Origin: a virus
Taxonomy: Duplodnaviria > Caudoviricetes
IMG/VR virus record: IMGVR_UViG_3300037722_001348
Location: 1-26,151 of that record
Length of the DNA: 26,151 nucleotides
Strand: one strand, 5' to 3'
Shown: piece by piece, positions 17,769 through 25,668 of the stretch
How the letters are laid out: each line of letters begins with the position of its first letter
How positions within the stretch are numbered: the first letter of the stretch is position 1
Position numbers and translations under genes: made by a program
The notes under the pieces: generated by a model
The model's input: the letters and a program-made list of their open reading frames with translations, nothing else
Databases searched by the model: none
Told to the model about the DNA's origin: nothing

Positions 17769-18206
17769 ATGACCGTGATGACTGACTTCCTCGAGAACGA
17801 GCTGATCGATCACATCTTCCGGGCTCGGTCGTATGCCGGCCCAACGGAGCTCTACATCGCGCTGTTCACGGCGGCACCTTCAGACGCTGGTGGTGGCACC
17901 GAGGTCACGGGTGGAGCGTATGCACGCGTCCAACTGGATCCCCTGTTCTCCAACTGGCTGGGGACCGGCGGTGAGAGCACAGCCGTTGACTCTGCGGGAA
18001 CCGGTGGAGCCACCTCGAACAACGTGGAGATCCTCTTCCCGGCCCCTGTCGGAGCGAACTGGGGCGTCATCACGCACGTCGCGATCTTCGATGAGAGCAC
18101 CACCGACATGCTATTCCACGGTCCTCTCGCCGCACCGAAGACCGTGAATGACGGAGACGCCGCTCCGAAGTTCGAGGTCGGTGATCTCGTGGTTGCCCTC
18201 GGATAG
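17769..18206 (+). CDS. Small tail fibre/appendage-associated protein (145 aa)
   Basis: DFLENELIDH...YIALFTAAP...EVTGGAYARV...WGVITHVAIFD...KTVNDGD, a pattern widespread in phage tail regions. Confidence 0.75.
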   Translation: MTVMTDFLENELIDHIFRARSYAGPTELYIALFTAAPSDAGGGTEVTGGAYARVQLDPLFSNWLGTGGESTAVDSAGTGGATSNNVEILFPAPVGANWGVITHVAIFDESTTDMLFHGPLAAPKTVNDGDAAPKFEVGDLVVALG

Positions 18207-18214
18207 GAGGCTTC

Positions 18215-19333
18215 GTGTTTACACACGCGCAACGCCTCGAACGGTGGCTGGCTCCTGAAGTAGTCAACCAGCTCTCCGCCTCTGCGAGGGGATGGTACGG
18301 ACCTCCCATACCTGTAGGCAACGTGCCTGGGGCCGTCTTCGTCCGAGGAGATGGGGAGTTCGTTGGACCGATTCGGGGCGGAGGCTTTGCCGGTCTTCAG
18401 GATTGGATGACCCGTCGAACCCGTCGATGGGCACGTTCTCAGATGAGAACGGTCAACGCAGGATTCTCCACTCTCGAGGACCTGATCGTTGACCGCGGTG
18501 TTTACCGCAGGCAATGGCACCATTTCGCTGTGAACTCCTCCGCCCCGAACTCTGCAGGAGTCCCAGTATCAGCCTGGAGGCAGTATGCTATTCCAACCGC
18601 TGGCGCGTCAACAGGCGGGACCTCTGGGACCGGACGAGTCCTGACCTCAGCAACACAGGGCGCGATCCGATTCGTAAACCCCCCTGCAGGAGAACAGACG
18701 TACTTCACCCGGATGAGAGTCTTCTCGTCCGGTCTCGGCGGGGCTGCCTGGTTCGTTGCAGGGCTCTACGACCGGCTGTGGGACATGACCTTTCCACACT
18801 CATCCGTCGGAGGAGCGATCGACGCGGCGAACCGTCCCACGAGGTATCAGACCACGGCAACGGCCGTTGGAAACTTCATCGGGTCTGAAGTCTCGGGGAC
18901 TCTCGGGTCAACTTCCCGGACCTGCACGATCCAATATACAAACCAGGATGAATCCGCGAAGACGGCGTTCGTCGAAACATTCGCGAACCCGACCTCAGCA
19001 AATGAATTCTGGCCAGCGCAGTTCAACGCGAAGTGGCACTGGCTGTTGGCCACAGGGGATATCGGTGTTCGATACTTGACCGATGTCACTCTATCTACTA
19101 CGAGTACGGGAGCGAACAACTGGTGGCTTGGTCATATGCTGGGATTCCTTCCTACCCCCACGATCACAGCACATTCCGCTGGCGGCGCGCTGGCGTACTA
19201 CGTCGGAGAGGGAGATGGAATCAACTCCGCGTTCGCAATGACGCGGGTTTACGACGACGCTTGCCTGGCGATTTGGTTCATGTCCCCAGGCCAAGGCGAT
19301 TTCATGGGAGAACTCGAGCTCGTTCAGGGGTGA
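18215..19333 (+). CDS. Putative virion appendage/receptor-binding protein, paralog 1 (372 aa)
   Basis: AGGAGG RBS; aligns end to end with the next gene. Confidence 0.6.
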   Translation: MFTHAQRLERWLAPEVVNQLSASARGWYGPPIPVGNVPGAVFVRGDGEFVGPIRGGGFAGLQDWMTRRTRRWARSQMRTVNAGFSTLEDLIVDRGVYRRQWHHFAVNSSAPNSAGVPVSAWRQYAIPTAGASTGGTSGTGRVLTSATQGAIRFVNPPAGEQTYFTRMRVFSSGLGGAAWFVAGLYDRLWDMTFPHSSVGGAIDAANRPTRYQTTATAVGNFIGSEVSGTLGSTSRTCTIQYTNQDESAKTAFVETFANPTSANEFWPAQFNAKWHWLLATGDIGVRYLTDVTLSTTSTGANNWWLGHMLGFLPTPTITAHSAGGALAYYVGEGDGINSAFAMTRVYDDACLAIWFMSPGQGDFMGELELVQG

Positions 19334-19334
19334 T

Positions 19335-20447
19335 ATGATGTTTACACACGCGCAACGACTTGAACGATGGCTCGGACCGAATCACAGCGTCGAAGCCATC
19401 TCACGCAGCGTTCGAGGGTGGTATGGTCCACCGATCCCGATCGGGAATGTCCCTGGTGCTGTGTACGTTCGTGGTGATGGAGAGTTCACTGGCCCGATCC
19501 GGGCAGGGCATTTCACGAACATCACAGACTACGCCCTCGGCCGCATGAAGCGAGTGCTTCGCGCCTGGGCGCGACGAGAACTCGTCACAGTGCACGCGGG
19601 GTTCACTTCTCTTTCGGACCTCATCAGCGAGGCGACGGTCGCAGGCAAACGCCAGGACCTGCCCTTCACGAAGATCGGCTTGGCAGGAACCACGAATCTC
19701 CCAAACAGCCTGTGGGAGCAGGTCGGACTTCCCGGGGTCGGGAGTGGTGGAGGAACCTCCGGGACGGGTCGAGTTACAGACCGGACGACGGTCGGCGCTC
19801 TCGGTCAGACGAATCCAACGGGTGGAGACACTCTCCACCTCGTGAACGCGTATGTCTCAGCGTCGGTCACCGGCATGGTCCTGGGGATGTACGACCGTCT
19901 CTGGGACATGACGTACGATCACACCGCTGCAACGAGCACGCCGATCGACGGGAACAACCTGCCGGATCGATACCAGACCGCAGACCTGGCCGTAGGCAAT
20001 TTCATCGGATCGGACATCACAACGAACCTCAGTTCGAACAGCCGTACGATCACGATCACGTACGTGGACCAAGATGGCAACACCGCTGAGGCATCCGCCG
20101 CTCAGACATTCAACGTCGCGACGAACGTCCCACGCTTCTGGCCGACGTCCGTTGCTGCGTCGTACTTCTGGCCGTTGAACGCCGGAGACCGCGGTGTTCG
20201 CAATCTAACTCAGATCGATCAATCGACGATCACGTCAACGACAGGGGTTCAAAACTGGTGGATCGGCCACATGCTCGGGATCTTCCCGTGCCCTGTTGCG
20301 GCTATGCCGTTTCAACATGATGGAATCAACACCGCGTTCAACCTTCAGCGGATCTTCGATGATGCGTGCGTCACGTTCTTCGAGTTCCCGAAGCGAAGCA
20401 CCTCTGCGACATCGTACTACGGGCTTCTGAGCCTCGTTGCTGGGTAA
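19335..20447 (+). CDS. Putative virion appendage/receptor-binding protein, paralog 2 (370 aa)
   Basis: Shares MFTHAQRLERWL, GWYGPPIP.GNVPGAV, YDRLWDMT, GNFIGS and NWW.GHMLG with paralog 1. Confidence 0.6.
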   Translation: MMFTHAQRLERWLGPNHSVEAISRSVRGWYGPPIPIGNVPGAVYVRGDGEFTGPIRAGHFTNITDYALGRMKRVLRAWARRELVTVHAGFTSLSDLISEATVAGKRQDLPFTKIGLAGTTNLPNSLWEQVGLPGVGSGGGTSGTGRVTDRTTVGALGQTNPTGGDTLHLVNAYVSASVTGMVLGMYDRLWDMTYDHTAATSTPIDGNNLPDRYQTADLAVGNFIGSDITTNLSSNSRTITITYVDQDGNTAEASAAQTFNVATNVPRFWPTSVAASYFWPLNAGDRGVRNLTQIDQSTITSTTGVQNWWIGHMLGIFPCPVAAMPFQHDGINTAFNLQRIFDDACVTFFEFPKRSTSATSYYGLLSLVAG

Positions 20448-22316
20448 ATGGCGAACGTCCCGATCGTGATAAATCGTGCGAGGTTTCAGTGGCAGCCCAC
20501 GCTGACCACGCATGATCCATCGAACATCCTCACCCTGCTTGCGCAGGCGGATACGACTCTCCAAGCGACGCTCGAGGCAGTTAGTTCTCTCAACGCTGAT
20601 CTCTCAACGGAGATTCTCCTCTCAGCGAGCCTGACGGCGGAGTCGACTCTTTCAGCGAGTCTGAAGGTCCCGTTCTTCGTCGCGAATCTGCAGGCGCAGA
20701 GCACGCTTGCAGCGGATCTGACTACTGAGATCCTGCTCTCCGCATCGCTCGAATCAGAGTCGACGCTGACTGCAGATCTGCTAGTCGGGGTTCTGTTCAC
20801 AGCAACGCTGACTGCGACGTCCACTCTCACCGCGGATCTGACTCTGGAGATCCTTCTCCGGGCAAGCCTGCAAGCAACCTCCACGCTCAATGCAGGACTC
20901 CGCGCGTTTCCAGTCACCGGTCTCCGGTATGATGTCAGTGCACTGGGATACGAATGGCATTTCAGTCGAAGACTCGTCTCACGAACGTACACGAACACGC
21001 GTGCAGATGCGATCGCGTTAGAACTGATCGGACTCGTCCCAGGATTCTCTCCGACATTCGTTGAGGCAAACCTCCCGACGGTCGACGAACTGACGTTCAC
21101 AGACGCTCCGATCAACGAGGCACTCTCGCAGCTTGCGGATAGGATCGGTGCGACGTGGTCCGTGAACTACGATCGCGAAGTCCGCTTCGGGTTCTCCGAT
21201 GAGGATGGTGGAGACGCGCCCACCCCGTTGACGAAGTCCACGTTGTCCCGGTTCCGGAACTTCAGTCTTGCGTATGATCTCAATCAAACCATCACGCGTC
21301 TTCTCGTTCGAGGAACCGTGGGCTCCGTCATCGGGGATCTCTCCGCTCCAAGCACCGAGGTGCAGGTTCCAAGCTTGGACGGATACGAGAAGTCCGGTGG
21401 TGAAACTACCATCAACGGGCAGAGAGTCACTTATACAGGCACAGCCCGAAGGGTCAAGCAGCCGGCGGTCCAGAACATTCAACTGATCGTTGATCGGGAG
21501 GTTGTCGACGTCCCCGGCGCTGGCCTGGACAACCCTGGCGCGTACATGTACGGGTTCACCGGAGTGACAGGCGCCGGTGAGACCACCATCTTCCACTCCT
21601 TCAGCGCGTTGACGGTCTCCGACCCGAACAAAGGGATTGAGCTGGCCGTTCGGTATCTAACCTCCGAGCCTCCGAACCGAAGGACGGACCTCGTCCGAAG
21701 CTTCAACATCTACCGCCATGGTAACGGTGGAGGTCTCTCCACTACTCAATGGCTACAAGTGGGAAGCATCCCAGCAGACCGTGCGATCGCCCGATTCGTA
21801 GACACGATGCCGGTCCAGGACCAGATTGACATCGGGGCGGTTCCACCGTCTGAGGACACGGCGAACGAATACGAGTTCTTCCTGACTGGGGTAACCTACC
21901 GGGGAGTCCCCCTTACGAATCCCGTAGACTTCACGATCGTGCTGAACGATCTCCCGGCTCAGGGGACCCTCGGAGCGCTGCTCGGGAACCTCGACGACGG
22001 AATCATCGAACGGGTCCTCGACGTCGGAATCGTGATCAAGCGGTCAGACGCCCAGAAGGAAGGGCAGGAATACCTCTCCCGGCACTCCGCCGTCGAGGTG
22101 ATGATCCAGTATGAGACCAAGGACATCAACTCGAGGGTCGGCAAGATCGTGACTGTCGCTCTGGGCCCGCCCGAGAACATCTTCGCGAATTTCATCATTC
22201 AGACCGTTAGCATCTCCGGGTTCGAGTTCGGAGTTTCTCCGATCTACAACGTCAGGGCCTCGTCCACCCTGAACATTGCCACGTTCGAACGTTTCATGCG
22301 CAGACTGGGGAGGTGA
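20448..22316 (+). CDS. Tail-tip hub-like protein (C-terminal part) fused behind a repeat stalk (622 aa)
   Basis: After six repeats: YDVSALGYEW..SRRLV..TY.N..A..I...EALSQLADRIGATWSVNYDREVRF; internal beta-sandwich insert; C-terminal DGIIE...VGKIVTV. Confidence 0.68.
   Translation: MANVPIVINRARFQWQPTLTTHDPSNILTLLAQADTTLQATLEAVSSLNADLSTEILLSASLTAESTLSASLKVPFFVANLQAQSTLAADLTTEILLSASLESESTLTADLLVGVLFTATLTATSTLTADLTLEILLRASLQATSTLNAGLRAFPVTGLRYDVSALGYEWHFSRRLVSRTYTNTRADAIALELIGLVPGFSPTFVEANLPTVDELTFTDAPINEALSQLADRIGATWSVNYDREVRFGFSDEDGGDAPTPLTKSTLSRFRNFSLAYDLNQTITRLLVRGTVGSVIGDLSAPSTEVQVPSLDGYEKSGGETTINGQRVTYTGTARRVKQPAVQNIQLIVDREVVDVPGAGLDNPGAYMYGFTGVTGAGETTIFHSFSALTVSDPNKGIELAVRYLTSEPPNRRTDLVRSFNIYRHGNGGGLSTTQWLQVGSIPADRAIARFVDTMPVQDQIDIGAVPPSEDTANEYEFFLTGVTYRGVPLTNPVDFTIVLNDLPAQGTLGALLGNLDDGIIERVLDVGIVIKRSDAQKEGQEYLSRHSAVEVMIQYETKDINSRVGKIVTVALGPPENIFANFIIQTVSISGFEFGVSPIYNVRASSTLNIATFERFMRRLGR
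20559..20900 (+). repeat. Six tandem 19-20 aa coding repeats
   Basis: Consensus (L/F)xAxLxAxSTLxADL+TEIL; units alternate, giving a 39-40 aa superperiod. Confidence 0.9.
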
Positions 22317-22615
22317 GGGTGGACACAGTGTTCTGGCAGTGGGCGGCGAGCCTCGGCGTCGGAGGAGCTCTCGCCTGGGGTATGTTCTTCGTGTATCGCA
22401 AAGACGCGATAGCGTGGCGTGAGCAGCTGACTGGTCTCATGGGCTCTCAGAGAGAGCTGCTTGAGTTGTACAAGAACGAACGGGAACATCTGATCGGCGT
22501 CGTGCGGGAGAACTCCACGGCGATCTCAGCGAACACGTCTACAGTCAACGCTCTGCATCGGAGACTCGATCGGGAGAGTGTGAGACATGGATCCCTCGAT
22601 GCCCCCAGAGACTAG
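22313..22615 (+). CDS. Putative holin (single TM segment plus coiled coil)
   Basis: Hydrophobic WAASLGVGGALAWGMFFVY then RK; directly upstream of the endolysin. Start may be GTG 22319. Confidence 0.62.
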   Translation: MRVDTVFWQWAASLGVGGALAWGMFFVYRKDAIAWREQLTGLMGSQRELLELYKNEREHLIGVVRENSTAISANTSTVNALHRRLDRESVRHGSLDAPRD

Positions 22616-23042
22616 ACCTCCGGTCCGGTTCACGAGTATCTCGGAGATTCCCTCCAGATTCTGGACGTGGCCGAACTTCAGCCCGAGAGAGGTCATGTGC
22701 AAGGGGACCGGGATGATCCTTGTCGTTCCGGAGTTCCTGGATCGGATGCAGGCCCTGCGAAGCACGTATGGGAAACCCCTTGCGGTCTCCTCCTGGTATC
22801 GGTCCCCTGAGCACAATGTCCGGGTGTCAAACACTGGGCCGAACGGTCCTCACACAACGGGCCGGGCGGTTGATCTGAAAGTGGTCGGGGCCGATGCCCT
22901 GCTCCTCTTCCGCCTCGCTCTCAATCTCAACTTCACGGGGGTCGGCGTGAAGCAACATGGGGAGGGAAGGTTTCTACATCTAGACGACCTCTCCTCGCCT
23001 GGATTCTCCGGGCCCCGCCCCTGGCTCTGGAGCTACGCGTAG
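22587..23042 (+). CDS. Endolysin, peptidase M15A-like zinc peptidase
   Basis: NFSPREVMCK, SWYRSPEHN, HTTGRAVD and FLHLD (H, D, H zinc ligands). Confidence 0.9.
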   Translation: MDPSMPPETRPPVRFTSISEIPSRFWTWPNFSPREVMCKGTGMILVVPEFLDRMQALRSTYGKPLAVSSWYRSPEHNVRVSNTGPNGPHTTGRAVDLKVVGADALLLFRLALNLNFTGVGVKQHGEGRFLHLDDLSSPGFSGPRPWLWSYA

Positions 23043-23054
23043 GGAGGCTTTCTC

Positions 23055-23780
23055 ATGACACGCCTGTCCACCATCACACGTCCTCGGATCCTGCTTCTCG
23101 TCCTCTTGCTCGTTGTCCCGGCAGCTGCTTTCGCTCAGGATACCGGTCCTGTTGCAGCAACGCTGAAGACACTGCGAGCGACCTATCCCGGGTCGTTGAC
23201 CGCGGTTACGGCTGCTGAGCTCCTGAACAAGACCGCCTGGGAGCACCGGTTCAACGGCTGGGCCCTCCTCGGCAAGGCCACAGGCAATCGCTGTCCCATG
23301 CCGTTCGGGGGACCGGACATCTCCTGTGACTTCCTGATCCACGCTCCGACGCGTCGAGGATGGGACGTTCTCATTGCCTGGGACGAGGCAGGAACCCCGA
23401 CAGGTATGACCGGATCGGGAGAGGACATGACTGATGTGATCAACAATGGGTCCCGCTCGATCGTCCTCTCGGTGAATCCGGGGGAACCTGATCCTCCTCC
23501 GCCCCCTCCTCCTCCACCTCCGCCGAACGGTGACCTGGAACAACTCCGTCAGGAAGTCCAGGTGCTCACCATCCGCACAGCGAACCTGGAAGTCGACAAC
23601 GCCGCACTCCGTGAGTCCCTCAACGGGCTTCGTGACTTCGCAACCGAAATCGACCGGGCTCACCGCGACATCCTCGAAGGGCTCCTCGCCGAGCCCCGCG
23701 TCATCGGATGTCACGCAAGCGTGATCGGGATCTCCATTCCATGCCGCCTCGACTACTCCACCCCGGTCACAGCACCATAG
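23055..23780 (+). CDS. Exported protein with poly-Pro linker and coiled coil (241 aa)
   Basis: Signal peptide ending AFA-Q; 11 consecutive Pro (23493-23525); heptad region; two Cys pairs. Confidence 0.75.
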   Translation: MTRLSTITRPRILLLVLLLVVPAAAFAQDTGPVAATLKTLRATYPGSLTAVTAAELLNKTAWEHRFNGWALLGKATGNRCPMPFGGPDISCDFLIHAPTRRGWDVLIAWDEAGTPTGMTGSGEDMTDVINNGSRSIVLSVNPGEPDPPPPPPPPPPPNGDLEQLRQEVQVLTIRTANLEVDNAALRESLNGLRDFATEIDRAHRDILEGLLAEPRVIGCHASVIGISIPCRLDYSTPVTAP

Positions 23781-23789
23781 AGAGGACTC

Positions 23790-24803
23790 ATGCCCACACA
23801 ATCCGCACTCGCCGCTGCAAAGGCTTGGATGCTCACGCATCCCGAAGTCACGGAAGTCTACTGGGGTCACAAGAATGGAGACCCCAAGCAAGGGGAATCC
23901 ATCGTCTTCGCCGTCCGAGAAAAGAAACCGATCGAGCTCCTCTCCGTGCACGAAGTCATCCCGCGCACAATCGAGCGTGTCCAAACCGACGTCGTCGAAC
24001 AGGATATGCCGAAGGCCCTGAACGTGAACACTGGACGGCGTCGTCCCTGCCCCGGTGGCTTCTCGATGGGCCACGTTGCAATCACCGCAGGCACCTTCGG
24101 ATGTCCCGTCAAGCGTGGGGTGTCCGAAGACTGGCTCGCGTTGACGAACAACCACGTTGCTGCGAACTCGAACGATGCTCGTCTCGGTGATGCGGTGGTG
24201 CAACCTGGCAAGGCCGACGGCGGGACCGACCCATCAGATCGTTGGGGCACGCTCCTCGAATTCGTCACGATCTCGTTCGAAGGTCAGACCCCCGGGAAGA
24301 AGAACTCGGCCGTTGCTCAGGCTTGGTGGGCCTCGATCAAAGGGATCGGGAACTTCGGAGCCTGGGTTGCCCGGTGCCCGTATCGCGTGCACGTTCGGAC
24401 CATGGCGATTCCCCAGCCGAGTCCGAATCTCGTCGATGCTGCAGTGGTGAAGCCGCTGAGCCAGGACTTCGTCCTTCCGGAGGTCTACCAGATCGGTGAG
24501 GTGATGGGGATCCGTGATCTCCAACTCGGAGAGGAGGTCTTCAAGAACGGACGGACGACCGGCCGCACGACTGGTCGGGTCCTCGGAACGAATGGGATGA
24601 TCCGGGTGTCCTATGGGGGAAGCCGCGTTGCGGTCTTCGACGACCAGATCATCTCCGATATCGGATCCGCCGGCGGGGACTCTGGCTCTGCGATTCTAAC
24701 GGCTGACCGTTTCGTCGGAGGGCTGCTCTTCGCGGGCGGCGGTGGCCAGACCATCTGCAACAAGATATCACATGTCGTTGCGTTACTCGGAGTCCGGGTG
24801 TGA
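23790..24803 (+). CDS. Trypsin-like (S1, Nal1-type) serine protease
   Basis: GTFGC, LTNNHV (His), VDAA (Asp), GRTTG.T.G and GGDSGS (Ser); N-terminal prodomain ending TDVVE. Confidence 0.9.
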   Translation: MPTQSALAAAKAWMLTHPEVTEVYWGHKNGDPKQGESIVFAVREKKPIELLSVHEVIPRTIERVQTDVVEQDMPKALNVNTGRRRPCPGGFSMGHVAITAGTFGCPVKRGVSEDWLALTNNHVAANSNDARLGDAVVQPGKADGGTDPSDRWGTLLEFVTISFEGQTPGKKNSAVAQAWWASIKGIGNFGAWVARCPYRVHVRTMAIPQPSPNLVDAAVVKPLSQDFVLPEVYQIGEVMGIRDLQLGEEVFKNGRTTGRTTGRVLGTNGMIRVSYGGSRVAVFDDQIISDIGSAGGDSGSAILTADRFVGGLLFAGGGGQTICNKISHVVALLGVRV

Positions 24804-25387
24804 CGGACTACATCCCAGTTGCAGGCACGCATGGTCTGAAGCGTGCGGGGGAGTGGGTCAACGCTCACTCCCTCTTTGATCAGTATCTGACGTCGCGTGG
24901 ATTCACACGTCGATGTGCCGAGTTCGGGTTCTGGTCAACTGCCCTTACCGGGACGTTCTTCTCCCCGGACCACCTTGCTTGGCAGTTTGGTGGGCAGCAG
25001 CTGAGGGCGTTTCTTCAGACGGTTCCGTATGAATCCCGGAACATCATCGCGCATTCACATGGCGGGCAGGTTGCGGCGTACGCTGCGTCGTTGCTGCCAG
25101 CTATTCAGATCCGGTCTCTCATCACGGTAGATGCTCCGGTTCGTCGAGACATGGATCCTGTCTGGGAGGAGGCTCGAAAGCACGTTGTGTTTCATATCCA
25201 TCTCTATGGACACGGTGTGGGGAATGCCGTCAGGTGGTTGGGCCAGCGTGGCCGCTTCCGCAGGCAGATGCCGTGGGCAGACTGGAACATCCGGATCAAG
25301 GGCGGGCATTCTGGGATTCTTCGAGAAGCGAAGCATCTTGGACAGCTGGACAGCGTGCTCAATCGCATTCGCGTGGATGGGACCTGA
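24800..25387 (+). CDS. Alpha/beta hydrolase (lipase/esterase-like)
   Basis: Nucleophile elbow IIAHSHGG, N-terminal VAGTHG, LITVDAP and GGHS; GTGA-coupled to the protease. Confidence 0.82.
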   Translation: MTDYIPVAGTHGLKRAGEWVNAHSLFDQYLTSRGFTRRCAEFGFWSTALTGTFFSPDHLAWQFGGQQLRAFLQTVPYESRNIIAHSHGGQVAAYAASLLPAIQIRSLITVDAPVRRDMDPVWEEARKHVVFHIHLYGHGVGNAVRWLGQRGRFRRQMPWADWNIRIKGGHSGILREAKHLGQLDSVLNRIRVDGT

Positions 25388-25388
25388 C

Positions 25389-25577
25389 GTGCAAACGATG
25401 CGAATCGACATGACAGGGTGGGAGTACGGAGACCGTACTCAGACCGTCCGCGGAGAGATCCAGATCGACACGGGAGATGACCACCGGGACAGGATGATCG
25501 CAGAGGTCTTCGAACAGGCCCAGAGGCAGGTTTACCTACTACTCGGGATGGATCCCCCAGGTCCTCGAAGACCGTAG
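25389..25577 (+). CDS. Small hypothetical protein (about 62 aa)
   Basis: 3' part of track ORF 25131-25577, starting after the hydrolase stop; start uncertain. Confidence 0.5.
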   Translation: MQTMRIDMTGWEYGDRTQTVRGEIQIDTGDDHRDRMIAEVFEQAQRQVYLLLGMDPPGPRRP

Positions 25578-25580
25578 GCT

Positions 25581-25602
25581 TTCGTCGGGGCAACCTGACG
25601 GA
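25581..25602. terminator. GNRA-capped hairpin between convergent genes
   Basis: TTCGTCGGG-GCAA-CCTGACGGA; no U-tract. Confidence 0.5.
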
Positions 25603-25668
25603 CCGTGGAGCCCGGGCGTGAGCACGTTGTGGTGGCAGCGTCGTCTCACGCCCGGGTGCTTGCGGAGC

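Noticed and set aside
17757-20900. Cassette as a transposon, invertible shufflon or DGR target
   Set aside because: No transposase, recombinase, reverse transcriptase, terminal inverted repeats or adenine-specific TR/VR pair seen in the window.
17724-20913. GTAAGC...TTTCCAG resembling spliceosomal intron ends around the hub insertion
   Set aside because: Splicing there would be out of frame, the context is a bacteriophage, and no group I/II intron structure or intron-encoded protein is visible.
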